Under the pieces are notes generated by a model. That model worked only from the letters and a program-made list of their open reading frames with translations. It did no database searches and was not told where the DNA came from. Made by a program: the position numbers and the translations under genes. A stretch of 64,000 nucleotides of DNA. Source: a cyanobacterium endosymbiont of Rhopalodia gibba. GTDB lineage: Bacteria; Cyanobacteriota; Cyanobacteriia; Cyanobacteriales; Microcystaceae. Below are positions 1 through 10,467 of this stretch, in pieces. The first letter of the stretch is position 1. Every line of letters begins with the position of its first letter. The stretch lies in contig CP067995.1 of the NCBI GenBank assembly GCA_045159875.1, positions 128,001 to 192,000 of the forward strand, written 5' to 3'.

Positions 1-479
1 GGACTATATATAGTATATAATTAGTAATACATTAATTATATACTATCTAATTTAGATTCTCTTAAAGAGAGACTCTCTTGAGGAAGAGTAATTTCTAGTA
101 ACAAATTATAATAATACTCAAATATTATCGATACAGCCCGAACATTTTTGTATTAAACATCTGCATATATTTCATGTATTTCATATATTTTAGATACATC
201 AATATTATTTTTGACTTCAAAGTATTTCTCTAATCTTGTCAATACAATCGGTTTGTTTTAGCTTCCTCTAATGAGATTAATCACACCTTTTTTCTGTGAA
301 TTAACATAATTAGTTTCATTTGAAACATTTAGGTTGTTATTTCTCGACAAAAAAATTTATCAAAAATTAGTAATTTATATAATTTAAAATCACATCATAA
401 TTTTTTCTTTCTAATATTCTATATTACCTATAATTTAATGTATTAAAATCAACTATAGAGCAATTTTAGGAATAACAAA

Positions 480-506
480 GGTGCGCTACTTCGATTGTAA
501 CGCACC
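480..506 (-). terminator. Hairpin downstream of tal
   Basis: GGTGCGCTAC-ttcgatt-GTAACGCACC stem, followed by T's on the minus strand. Confidence 0.55.
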
Positions 507-539
507 CTATTTAAATAGACTTCAAAAACAGATTTTTAC

Positions 540-647
540 TCAAATCAAACAAACAGCTGACGATTGTCCATTTCTTACGGGTAACAAAAATATCTCCCTC
601 TAAATATCATAATTACAGAAAATATCAACCGCAGTATGACAGACTTT
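540..647 (-). pseudogene. Decayed C-terminal EF-hand extension of transaldolase
   Basis: Past the tal stop: KVCHTAVDIFCNYD-(frameshift)-LEGDIFVTRKKW..LFD, resembling the YDLDGDGFITREEW tail of cyanobacterial Tal. Confidence 0.7.
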
Positions 648-1631
648 TTATTCACCTTCAAGACGGGCTAAGCGTTTTTTTAACAACTCTTCTAAGGCTT
701 CTAATGCCTTTGTAAAACCCTTAATTCCTTCATCAAGCTTATCAAAAGCCATCTTATTTTCTTGGTGCATTTTGTCAAAGTTAGCTTTATCGACAGAGAT
801 TTTCTCTATCTTCATTTCAGCTGCAACTTTTGGATTTAGTTTTCGAGGTAATTCAGCTTCTGTTGACTGCAATTGTTCCAAAAGTTCGGGAGAAATAGTC
901 AATAAATCACAGCCTGCTAACTCAGAAATTTCTCCTATATTACGGAAACTTGCTCCCATCACTTCAGTTTTGTAGCCAAATTTCTTGTAATAGTTATAGA
1001 TTTTGGTCACAGAAAGTACTCCGGGATCTTCAGCGGGAGCATACTCTGTTCCAGTTTCCTTTTTGTACCAGTCAAGAATACGTCCTACAAAAGGAGAAAT
1101 CAGGGTAATACCTGCTTCTGCACAAGCAATAGCCTGGTGAATTCCAAACAACAGGGTTAAGTTACAGTGAATACCTTCTTTTTCCAGGACTTCTGCGGCT
1201 TTAATTCCTTCCCAAGTAGACGCAATTTTAATCAAGATACGATCACGTGAGACTCCATTAGCTTCATACTCAGAAATTAAATAGCGAGCTTTTTCTAGGG
1301 TTGCTTCGGTATCATAAGATAGACGAGCATCTACTTCAGTGGACACCCGTCCAGGAATGATTTCGAGGATTTTCAAACCAAAGGAAATTGCTAGGCGATC
1401 AAAAGCTAAAGTGGCAACATCAGAAGCTGACGCATTTTTGCCTAATTTTGTCCGTGCTTGTTTGAGGGTATCATCCACAATCCCCTGATATTGAGGCATT
1501 TGAGCTGCCGCAGTAATCAATGAAGGGTTAGTGGTAGCATCGCGGGGCGTAAAGATTTCAATAGCTTGAATATCTCCTGTATCAGCGACAACAATAGTAA
1601 ATTCACGTAATTGTTCAAGTAAACTAGTCAT
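648..1631 (-). CDS. tal: Transaldolase
   Basis: [28 protein letters not shown] and [10 protein letters not shown] (catalytic Lys) motifs. Confidence 0.97.
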   Translation of the reverse strand: MTSLLEQLREFTIVVADTGDIQAIEIFTPRDATTNPSLITAAAQMPQYQGIVDDTLKQARTKLGKNASASDVATLAFDRLAISFGLKILEIIPGRVSTEVDARLSYDTEATLEKARYLISEYEANGVSRDRILIKIASTWEGIKAAEVLEKEGIHCNLTLLFGIHQAIACAEAGITLISPFVGRILDWYKKETGTEYAPAEDPGVLSVTKIYNYYKKFGYKTEVMGASFRNIGEISELAGCDLLTISPELLEQLQSTEAELPRKLNPKVAAEMKIEKISVDKANFDKMHQENKMAFDKLDEGIKGFTKALEALEELLKKRLARLEGE

Positions 1632-1981
1632 AATTGCTCCTTATGAAACGCCTAATAGATTTTTAAGTTAGGCAGTGAAAGCTAAATAAAGGTTGAGAGT
1701 ACCATTTGCTATAACATTATCAGGGCAACCCTTCTACAGAAGTTAATTTCAGGAAGTTCTAATGATTGTTAGAATAATTGATCTTCTGTGCTGGAAGCAC
1801 ACCATTATAAACTAGCAGTATGCACAAAACTAGGAGAGATATCCGCATTGCGGAGATCTCTAGGTGGGGTAGATGAAGGCAACATTGTCTATCTAGAGAA
1901 AGATCGATGAAGCAATAAAGTCTTAACTTTTGGGATAGAAAAGCTTGCGCCGTATGCTTGCTCAACTCGTTGGGAGAAATA

Positions 1982-2389
1982 TCACGGTTGAGATTCTAAA
2001 CGAATTACCCTGCCATCTCCATTAGTCCGATAAACCCAAGTTTTGGACCCATTTGTCACGACCACCCTCCATCCTTCAACCAACGCTTGAGTACAAAATT
2101 CATCAGGTCTTGTTAGTCCTAGGCAACTATCTGGCCAAGTTTTAGCTTCATATACTTTGATTTCTAGAATAGAGGTTTTTATTCCAATGAGGTTCGACGC
2201 TTTCTGACGAACTGCGTGAATTACTGTTGTTGGAGGTTCACTTTGGGAAATCATAAGTTCGGAGGTTTCCACAGGGTTAGTTCATTGAGATGATCAAATG
2301 ATAGAAGAGATGGGTGGCTGAGTACATCCACAAAACCCTAGCTAGTCCATCAGATAGCAACACCAACAGGGTTTTTTGACAGCTTTCAT
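1982..2389 (-). pseudogene. Conserved cyanobacterial lipoprotein with a disrupted 5' end (residual ORF 1982-2272)
   Basis: Residual ORF has WPDSCLGL..C.QALVEGWRV. The same frame upstream reads LGFCGC (lipobox-like) separated by two TGA stops; ATG at 2389 is frameshifted. Confidence 0.55.
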
Positions 2390-2715
2390 CGACTTTTTTC
2401 CAGTAACAAGACTTTTAAAAAATCTAACATTTTTTTGGAAAAGTCAGGACTTTTAGTTTGTTAAACGTCGTTTTATATAAGTTATCTACCAATTGCTTTA
2501 TAAAGTTTTGATCCATGTCGTAGGTTACCAAATGAGACTGGGTAATTCGATTGTAAGCCTTCTCAAGTTTATGTGATGTATCGTTAATTTCTTGTTACTC
2601 CATCTTTGAGGTTGGATTACACTGAATGTTCAGTACAAATAATTATAATTGACACTTTTTTAAAAGTACGTCAAGATATTTAATGTAAAAGTGACTTTTG
2701 TAAGGCTAAAGATAA

Positions 2716-3363
2716 ATGACTGTGGAGCTACTGTAGCTGGCTAACACATAATAAATTGTGCGTCAATATGGTTACTGGGCAGTGTTTATGGGCATCACCT
2801 TAGAAAATATAGGAATTCCCATTCCTGGGGAAACCATTAATATTACCGGAGGAGTCCTAGCTGGAAGTGGAGATTTAAATTATTGGATAGTGATAGGAAT
2901 GGCCACTGCAGGAGTAGTTCTCGGCAGTAATTTTGGCTATTGGATTGGTCGGTTAGGAAGTTGCGCAGTTTTATTAGTATTTGGGCGTTTATTTAGAATT
3001 CCTCAAACAAAATTAGAGGAAGCTAAGGCATTATTTGGTAATAATGCGGTGAGTGCTATGTTTTTTGGACGCTTTGTAGCGTTGTTGCGGATTTTTGCCG
3101 GACCCATGGCGGGGATTATTAAAATGTCCTATAGTCAATTTTTGCTATGTCACTTTGGTGGGGCTGTGATTTGGGCATCTTTTATGGTGACTTCATCTTT
3201 TTTTGTGGGACGCATTATTCCCCTACACCAATTAGTTGAGTCCATGGCTCAATCGAGTATTGTTGCATTGGCTTTGTTGACAGCTTGGATTGTTATTCCT
3301 TGGTGGCTAGATCGTAGAAATCAGAAGTCTCCGACTTCAGGCTCGAAGACTATAACAGACTAG
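2716..3363 (+). pseudogene. dedA: DedA family membrane protein with three in-frame stops in the first 13 codons (possible re-initiation at GTG 2758)
   Basis: ENIGIPIPGE and FFGRFVALLRIFAGPMAG motifs; in-frame ATG 2716 reads MTVELL*LANT**IVRQYGYW. Confidence 0.7.
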
Positions 3364-4172
3364 AACCTCCATAAATGATTGATTCAGGAATCTTCCATCT
3401 CTATCACTCCTGTGATGAAATATCTGGATAAATTACCCCAATCAACGTAAGTTTGACGAAATTTTAAATAAGAGAAAGGAGGCCAGTTTACTTTTCCTTC
3501 ATGAATCTAAGATAAGGTTTTTTATCTAAAATCAAGTATAAGCAAGTTGTTTATGAGCAAATTACAGTTTGGGTTCTAAATGCCGTCCCACCATAATCTT
3601 AGTCCCATCTAGCTGAGCCTTTAAAAACTTAGTGTGATCTACTGCTAGCCTGATAAACGACTCGTATCGGAGTAGAGTCAATCAATACTAATTCCTGTAA
3701 TTTTTTCCTTGCAAGTCTGTAAAAAACAGAAAGGTGACACCATCGTCTAGGATACAGCCACCACAAAACAATTGGAGTTTATTAGATTAGGAAATACTTT
3801 GTCACAATGGAGAAGAACCCGTAACGTAACTAAATCCTTTAAAAGTTTGGTATCCTGACCCAGGAAAAGTGATTATAATGCTCGTAACTTCATCTCTTTT
3901 CAAATGAGAACGGCATTCTTCTCCAATAAATAAAATACTGTTAATTGAAGAACAGCACTGTTATTCTGTCCAAATTTTTGATGAAAGTCATCTAAATCAC
4001 AAAATATTTTGATAAGTATCGAGACAAAATCTTATATTAATAGCACTAAACTTTAATAAATACTGTTTTTAGTATAAAGTTACCGTCCTGTCTGTCCATG
4101 AGTTTCTTTCGAATCCACTTTACGTTAGTCATTTTTTAGAAAAAGTTGGTAAGCTATTAGGTAATAGGATAA

Positions 4173-4235
4173 ATCGTTCATCTGCCTACTTGGTAGACGG
4201 AAGTAAGGAGTTGTGAGAGCTTCTGAAGGAACGCG
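4173..4235 (+). ncRNA. Glutamine riboswitch, class I (glnA RNA motif)
   Basis: P1 CGTTC(4175-79)/GAACG(4229-33); P2 TCTGCC/GGTAGA; junction CGGAAGTAA; P3 AGGAGTT/AGCTTCT; then GAAG, matching the recalled glnA-motif layout. Confidence 0.88.
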
Positions 4236-4272
4236 CCTCATTCGATAATTCAACGAATTTGAAGGAGGCGAC

Positions 4273-4434
4273 ATGAAATCTCATAATAATTGTCTTAGTT
4301 TTAAGTCCAAAGATAGGTTGCTGTCTGTTGCGGAACAGTTGCGTTTTCTGATCAGCCAGGATCGCCGAAAACAGCAAAATCGCCAACTTTCTATGCGATA
4401 CAGACTAGCGTCTGAAGTAGGGACGGATATTTAA
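4273..4434 (+). CDS. Glutamine synthetase inactivating factor-like small protein (IF7/IF17 family), 53 aa; not in the ORF track
   Basis: MKSHNNCLSFKSKDRLLSVAEQLRFLISQDRRKQQNRQLSMRYRLASEVGTDI; the NRQxSMxxRxAxEVG core resembles IF7; SD GGAGG at 4264-4268; riboswitch directly upstream. Confidence 0.8.
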   Translation: MKSHNNCLSFKSKDRLLSVAEQLRFLISQDRRKQQNRQLSMRYRLASEVGTDI

Positions 4435-4453
4435 CAGTCAATTCATGACTAAT

Positions 4454-4481
4454 GTGGGAATCAATAGTTGTTGATTCCCAC
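4454..4481 (+). terminator. Stem-loop after the IF-like ORF
   Basis: GTGGGAATCAA-tagttg-TTGATTCCCAC, 11-bp perfect stem, no clear U-tract. Confidence 0.55.
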
Positions 4482-4582
4482 CAATGACTCCCTACTGATT
4501 TACTTTAGATGTTCACGACAGAAAAAAATAAATTGTGACCAACAACAACCAACAAAACATTAAACAAATTCACCGCACGAAT

Positions 4583-4810
4583 ATGTTACGGATTCTCAAA
4601 TACCGCTTAAAAGTTACCAAACAACAAAGTAACATCCGGTTAATTGAACAACTCGAAGCTGAATAGGCGTTGTTACAGTGATTTTGCCTTGCAGTGACAG
4701 ACGTTGGTCCTGTCTCATGTAAATCAGAAAGTCTCACGCAAAGTTTTCATAGAGTATGGAGTTGCTATAAGAATTAGAATTCTAGGCTTTTGGTGGGCGA
4801 CGCCCAACTT
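4583..4810 (+). mobile_element. Possible IS200/IS605 tnpB N-terminal relic
   Basis: MLRILKYRLKVTKQQ resembles the TnpB N-terminus (xKYRLYPTxEQ); stops after 27 codons. Confidence 0.3.
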
Positions 4811-4843
4811 AAGTTCAATGATTTTGAGGAAGTTGGCCAATAC

Positions 4844-5296
4844 TTAAAAAGGAATTGGATCTTCTTCTCCATCAAAAGTGGTTAAGGTAGGAGTAGGGAC
4901 AGGCTGGACCGATTCGGGATAGGCGGAAGATTGGTAAGAATCTCTAGAAACAACATTATCCTCAGAAGTAAAAGGGATTGGGGAAGTGGAGTAAGTGTCT
5001 AAGGAATAAATATGGGAAGCGACTAACTCAACCCGTTTTTCTTTAAATCCCTCAGGACGGTCAACAGTATTCATCGAAAGACGACCTTCAATAATCAGGC
5101 AGTCACCTTCTTTGTAGGTATTTTGCATTTGGGTTGCTAAACTACCCCATCCAATCACTTTTATGCTGGAAGCCAAAGCTTCCGGGCGTCTCCCTGTAAA
5201 CTCCACTAACATTTGAGCAATCGGGGTTTTATCGTCTTGAGTATAACGTAATTCTGGGGGACGGATTACTTTAATCATTAAAACACAACTATTCAT
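4844..5296 (-). CDS. ssb: Cyanobacterial single-stranded DNA-binding (SSB-like) protein
   Basis: PELRYT and IIEGRLSMN OB-fold motifs; acidic DPIPF tail. Confidence 0.85.
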   Translation of the reverse strand: MNSCVLMIKVIRPPELRYTQDDKTPIAQMLVEFTGRRPEALASSIKVIGWGSLATQMQNTYKEGDCLIIEGRLSMNTVDRPEGFKEKRVELVASHIYSLDTYSTSPIPFTSEDNVVSRDSYQSSAYPESVQPVPTPTLTTFDGEEDPIPF

Positions 5297-5360
5297 CGAA
5301 TCAACTCCTTAACTATCGTTAATCATCAGTGTGAATTTTTATTGAATTTATTTTCATCGG

Positions 5361-7886
5361 TTACATACTGATCATTTCTCCTTGTTCTTGCTCAATAAAA
5401 CTTTGAACTTTCTGACGGTAATCTTTGAGAGACATATCTACCCATTCACGATCATCACTATTAGCAAAAATATGGACTAAAGGTTCTCCTGCGTCCGGTA
5501 GAATAAGAACCCAACTATCATTTTGAGGATTAATAACCTTCACTCCGTCAATCAATTTTAGCTGTTCTGGGGAGTGGGTTTCTACTAGATAACGCATCAA
5601 AGATCCTTTGACTTTCCAAGGACAGCGAACCGAATAAGACTTATGGCATACTCGTGGCAATTCAGCTCGAATCTGTGCCAATGAGCGCTCTTGAATAGTC
5701 AACATTTCTATTAATTTAGCAATACCGAACATTGCATCAAATCCTGGGTGTAGTTGAGGAAAAATAAAACCCATATCCCCACTTCCTCCCAAAGACACAT
5801 TAGGGTTAGTTTGAGACGCTTCCATCAAAGCGGTGGGGTTGGCTTTAGTGCGAATCACCTTACCATCATGGCGGCGGGCAATTTGTTCGACGGCACTAGA
5901 TACTTCCACCGGGACCACCACAGTACTACGAGGATAAGCTGTAAAAATAGTATTCACCATTAATGCTGTGAGCAATTCTCCGCGAATGGGTAATCCTGAC
6001 TCATCCACCAGGATAAATTGCTCCCCATTGGCAGACACCTGAACTCCTAAATTAGCTGTAACTGCTTCTACCACTTGGCCTAGTTGGTGTAACAAGGCTT
6101 CTCGTTCTTCGTTAGAGACTGAGGTTTGTCGTAAGCTGGCATTGAGAACCACCACATCACAGCCAAATTTTGTCAATAGTTGGGGTAGAATAGCTCCTGA
6201 AACTCCGTAAACATAGTCAATAACAACTTTTGAGCCACTATGGCGAAGTGCTTCCACATTAAGTTGGGTTTCAAAAGTATTGCGGTAGTTTTCAATAATT
6301 TGGGTGGGGTAAGACATATCACCAATCTCTGAGATTCCAACCCGTCGTAGGTCTTCTTTTAAATAGGCTCCTTCAATTTTCTTTTCCTTAGATTTAGAGA
6401 TATTAATGCCCTGTTCATCAAAAAATTCAATGAGGATATGATCAGGGCGATCTGGATGAGCCCGTAGGTGAACTCCGCCAGTAACCTCTAATTTCGGGGT
6501 TAGAATGCGGGTAATGGGAATGGCTGTCGCTTCTAGGTTTTGAATGTCAATACCCACAGACATCAACCCAGCAATCAAAGAACGGCTGACCATACGAGAG
6601 ACACTACGCTGGTCACGGGAGACAACGACCTGAGAACCCAGTTTTAAGGTTGAACCGTAGGCTGCACCCAATTTAACAGCAAATTCAGGAGTAATGTCGA
6701 TGTTGGCTAGTCCTGTTACACCCCTTTGACCAAATAAATTGCGATGGGCTATATTACCCCAAATCAAATTGATATTCAATATAGCCCCCGATTCGATGCG
6801 TTTGCTAGGCCAGACGCGAACACTTGGGCTAATCTGGGCCTCTTCTCCAATCGTGGACAATGAGCCCACCACCGCCCCTTCTAGGATTTGGGCACGCCGA
6901 TCAACCCGTGTTCCCCTAGCAATAACACAGGCAGCTAGATAAGATTCGTCTCCAATTGTAACTCCATTCCATAGAATGGGACGTTTTAGGTCTGCCCCTG
7001 CGCCAACGGTGACATTATCGCCGATTACACTTCCTTTTTCTATAACGACCTCCGGACCAATGCGACAATTGTGACCGATAAGGATGGGGGGGGTAATTTT
7101 AGCTGTGGAGTCGATATAACTATTTTGTCCTAACCAAAATCCAGGGGATGTCTCTTCATAGGCAAAATCTAAAATCACTTTTCCTTCTAGAGCATCATAT
7201 TGAGCTTGTCGATAAGCTTCTAAACTCCCAACATCACACCAGTATCCCTCGGCGATAAACCCATATATGGGTTCACTTTTTGAGAGAAGGAGCGGAAAGA
7301 GATCTTTAGAAAAGTCCGATTCTTCATTATCAGGAAGATATTGTAGAACTTCAGGTTCGAGGATATAGGTTCCAGTGTTGACGGTATCCGAAAAAATTTC
7401 GCTAGTGGAGGGTTTTTCTAAAAAACGGTTAATTCGTTGGTGTTTATCGAGAATCACTACTCCAAATTCAACTGGATTAGGAACGCGGGTGAGGACTAGA
7501 GTGGCTTTAGATTTTTTTTGTTTATGAAAAGTGATCGCCTTTTGGAGATCAAAGTCTGTGATACAATCTCCACTAATTACTACAAAGGTAGTATCAAGGA
7601 GTTCTTCAATATTTTTGACACAACCTGCTGTTCCTAAAGGTTGATCATCTTCTACTGCGTAGGTCATTTCTACCCCAAAATCACTGCCATCTTGGAAGTA
7701 GTCCCGCATTACATCCGGGAGATAGTAGAGGGTAGCAATGACTTCTCGAATGTTATTACGTTTTAACAAATTAATGATATGTTCGGCAATGGGTCGATTT
7801 AGGATGGGAACCATTGGCTTAGGCAGATCGCAAGTTAGGGGTCGTAACCGAGTTCCTGATCCCCCAGCCATTATCACTGCACGCAT
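5361..7886 (-). CDS. Mannose-1-phosphate guanylyltransferase / phosphomannomutase-like fusion
   Basis: MAGGSGTRLRPLT..PKPM NTP-transferase domain, hexapeptide repeats, LFGQRGVTG PGM/PMM-like C-terminal domain. Confidence 0.9.
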   Translation of the reverse strand: MRAVIMAGGSGTRLRPLTCDLPKPMVPILNRPIAEHIINLLKRNNIREVIATLYYLPDVMRDYFQDGSDFGVEMTYAVEDDQPLGTAGCVKNIEELLDTTFVVISGDCITDFDLQKAITFHKQKKSKATLVLTRVPNPVEFGVVILDKHQRINRFLEKPSTSEIFSDTVNTGTYILEPEVLQYLPDNEESDFSKDLFPLLLSKSEPIYGFIAEGYWCDVGSLEAYRQAQYDALEGKVILDFAYEETSPGFWLGQNSYIDSTAKITPPILIGHNCRIGPEVVIEKGSVIGDNVTVGAGADLKRPILWNGVTIGDESYLAACVIARGTRVDRRAQILEGAVVGSLSTIGEEAQISPSVRVWPSKRIESGAILNINLIWGNIAHRNLFGQRGVTGLANIDITPEFAVKLGAAYGSTLKLGSQVVVSRDQRSVSRMVSRSLIAGLMSVGIDIQNLEATAIPITRILTPKLEVTGGVHLRAHPDRPDHILIEFFDEQGINISKSKEKKIEGAYLKEDLRRVGISEIGDMSYPTQIIENYRNTFETQLNVEALRHSGSKVVIDYVYGVSGAILPQLLTKFGCDVVVLNASLRQTSVSNEEREALLHQLGQVVEAVTANLGVQVSANGEQFILVDESGLPIRGELLTALMVNTIFTAYPRSTVVVPVEVSSAVEQIARRHDGKVIRTKANPTALMEASQTNPNVSLGGSGDMGFIFPQLHPGFDAMFGIAKLIEMLTIQERSLAQIRAELPRVCHKSYSVRCPWKVKGSLMRYLVETHSPEQLKLIDGVKVINPQNDSWVLILPDAGEPLVHIFANSDDREWVDMSLKDYRQKVQSFIEQEQGEMISM

Positions 7887-8749
7887 AAGTCCTTATTCTC
7901 CTTATTGTTTTTTTAAACTCACTCAACTTAACGGTCGCAAATATCCTAACTGTTGAGTATGTTTCAATCTTACTGGGTATCGTCTCACTCTTCGTTCAAT
8001 AATCAAATTCATTACCCTGTGAAAGCCTATGTATGGACAAAACATCAAAGTTTAGTCTAAGACGTGCTAGACAGTAATCAATCGAAAAACTTACTGTCAT
8101 CTACCGACTAGAAGAATATAATGTTTATTCATAGATTTTTCTAGTCATTTTTGTCAAAAAAAGCTCGTTTTAAACTTCTACTTAATAAACTCATGCTAAA
8201 GTTTCCCCATGAGGAAGGATAAAGATTCTCAAAACTTAATTTTTTAGATGGAAAACGAGTTTTCGCCATTTCATTTAGTCTTAGTGATGGACCAAATAAA
8301 ACTCTAAAATAGGTCAAAATTACAAGAAAATTTTGCGAACTTTCCGGACAATCTCCTAACACATTGACATAGTAATCACCTAAATTCTCTTGTATTTAAG
8401 AATTTTTCTGTAAAAATTTACACCGTCGAACAACTGATAAGTTGCCTTTTACATTGCACTAGCAACACCTCCTAGTTGACATCAGAGTAAAACTAATAAT
8501 ATATATGATATTGTCATAAATAAGGGATACAATGAATTCTACCGCCAAATAAGGTATAATCATGGGGATAGTCACTCTCTTAAATACACTTTCAAGTAAG
8601 TTTGTTATGTTAGTTGGGAGTAAAGTAGTCAGATAGATATTATTCCTAAATAAGAGTTTTCAAAAATAGAAATATTCAGCATAGACGCAGTAGGATTTAT
8701 TAGGATAATGTTCATCATTGGGGTGTCAACTTAGATCTACATAGACAGT

Positions 8750-8791
8750 AGCATTTTGGTACTTTAGAGCGCTCTAAAGTACCAAAATGCT
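8750..8791. repeat. 42-bp perfect loop-less palindrome downstream of hupL (probable terminator)
   Basis: AGCATTTTGGTACTTTAGAGC|GCTCTAAAGTACCAAAATGCT. Confidence 0.85.
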
Positions 8792-8811
8792 TACTGGAGC
8801 GTGAGCCTGTA

Positions 8812-10407
8812 CTAAGCAGTTCTAAACCGTGCTAATTCTTTCCCTGTCTTCGCATCATGAGCGTGTACCGTACATACTAAACAGGAATCAAACGAACGAG
8901 CTACATGACCAACTTCAACAGGGTTTGCTGAGTCTTCGATAGGAATACCTACCAACGCTTCCTCAATAGGTCCGCGGACATTTTTACCGTCCCTGGGACC
9001 TACATTCCAAGTAGTAGGGGCAATGACCTGATAGTTCTTAATTTTACCGCTTTCTACTTCAACCCAGTGACATAATGCACCACGACTGGCTTCGGTTCCA
9101 CCCCAACCCCGACCATCTTTGGAAGTCGGCTTGATATACCAGGGTTCATTGAGTTTAAATTCTCGTAAGCACCGTTCTATTTCCCGATACAGTTTAACAG
9201 ATTCGTGCATCCGTGCAAACTCTCGTAAATGAATGCTAGGTCCACCCATCTTTTTGAACATATCAAGAATTAATCCATCATAATGTTGGAAGCTTTCTCC
9301 GTGTGTACCGCCTGCGACTAACTGACGTGCCAGAGCCCCCACTTCCATCCGACCTAAATCTTTGTGACTTACCGCAGTTGACCAGGAATATTTATCTTCA
9401 TAATTCCCTGTGTTCTTCTCTTTTGGTCTAGTTTGACGATAGAATGGATGAACATCAGAGGTTCCTTCTTCATACCACGCATGACTGGTATTCTCACGAG
9501 CAAAGGTATGGTCTACCATCTGATGGGTATCAGAGAGGCTATCATAGACACCTGCTTTCATGATGACCGCAGCATTGCGACTTTCGATGGTGGGCTTTTG
9601 ATACCTATCTTCGTGGGGGAGATAACCCCAGGTAAGATAACGTCCAGGTCCTTTACCATATTTATCTAAACCAATGTCTATGCCCATTCTCCAATAGAAA
9701 CCAAGGTCAGAATTAGCATGATTGGGATTTTCCTCTAACCATTCTAGGAAATCTTCGTAGGTTTTAATTCTTTCATAACGTTCTAAAGAACATCCTAACC
9801 AAACTGGTTCTAACCAGTTAGTACGGAAATACTCCATAATACCCCAACCCCGTGTAACATCCGTTAAGGTTGGCGCACACATCACGCCTCCAGGAACCAT
9901 ATAGCTAGAATGAGGCCATTGTCCGCCAAAGAGGGCATACAATTCTACGGGTTTAGCTGAGATGGTGATGGCCAATTCATACGATGTTCCAGTAAATGCA
10001 CTAAAACGTTTACAGGCTTCTTCGTAGAAAAGACTATTCTTATATTTTTTGTTGGTTAAGTCAATTGCATAAAGAGCATAAAAATGCCGGGGATGACTTT
10101 GAAGAGTTTCCACTAATTGACCTAAATTTCTAGCCAAAATAGCATTACGTGGAACTTCAGTTTCCCAGATTGTGTCCAAAGCCCAAGAAGCGCAAGTGAG
10201 GTGAGATGCACCGCAAATTCCGCATATACGAGGAGTAACAATCAAACCGGCTTGAGGATCTTTTCCTTTTAAAATGACTTCAAATCCCCGAAATAACTCT
10301 GCCTTAGTCCAGGCATTAACTACTTTTCCGTCTTCAATATCTACTCGTATATCCAAATCTCCTTCAACTCTTCCAACAGGAGATAGTTCTAATGTTTTAA
10401 TTGGCAT
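8812..10407 (-). CDS. hupL: Uptake [NiFe] hydrogenase large subunit, uninterrupted
   Basis: RVEGD; L1 RICGICGASH; L2 FDSCLVCTVH with C-terminal extension. Confidence 0.97.
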   Translation of the reverse strand: MPIKTLELSPVGRVEGDLDIRVDIEDGKVVNAWTKAELFRGFEVILKGKDPQAGLIVTPRICGICGASHLTCASWALDTIWETEVPRNAILARNLGQLVETLQSHPRHFYALYAIDLTNKKYKNSLFYEEACKRFSAFTGTSYELAITISAKPVELYALFGGQWPHSSYMVPGGVMCAPTLTDVTRGWGIMEYFRTNWLEPVWLGCSLERYERIKTYEDFLEWLEENPNHANSDLGFYWRMGIDIGLDKYGKGPGRYLTWGYLPHEDRYQKPTIESRNAAVIMKAGVYDSLSDTHQMVDHTFARENTSHAWYEEGTSDVHPFYRQTRPKEKNTGNYEDKYSWSTAVSHKDLGRMEVGALARQLVAGGTHGESFQHYDGLILDMFKKMGGPSIHLREFARMHESVKLYREIERCLREFKLNEPWYIKPTSKDGRGWGGTEASRGALCHWVEVESGKIKNYQVIAPTTWNVGPRDGKNVRGPIEEALVGIPIEDSANPVEVGHVARSFDSCLVCTVHAHDAKTGKELARFRTA

Positions 10408-10467
10408 ATTTACTTCCTGAGAAAATTTAACTAATTCAGTTATAACAGAGCGACTCTAAAGAAGATT

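Noticed and set aside
1759..1965. 68-aa ORF and a PQCGY..FCAYC zinc-ribbon-like string in another frame
   Set aside because: No family could be assigned; may be chance or an unidentifiable relic
3364..3900. Moderately GC-rich stretch that looks like a decayed gene
   Set aside because: All three minus-strand frames were translated and none gave a recognisable family
4186..4386. 66-aa minus-strand ORF
   Set aside because: Antisense to the riboswitch and IF-like ORF, which explain the region better
8141..8600. Possible second Uma2 relic (PYLAVE..)
   Set aside because: Similarity too weak to support without an alignment
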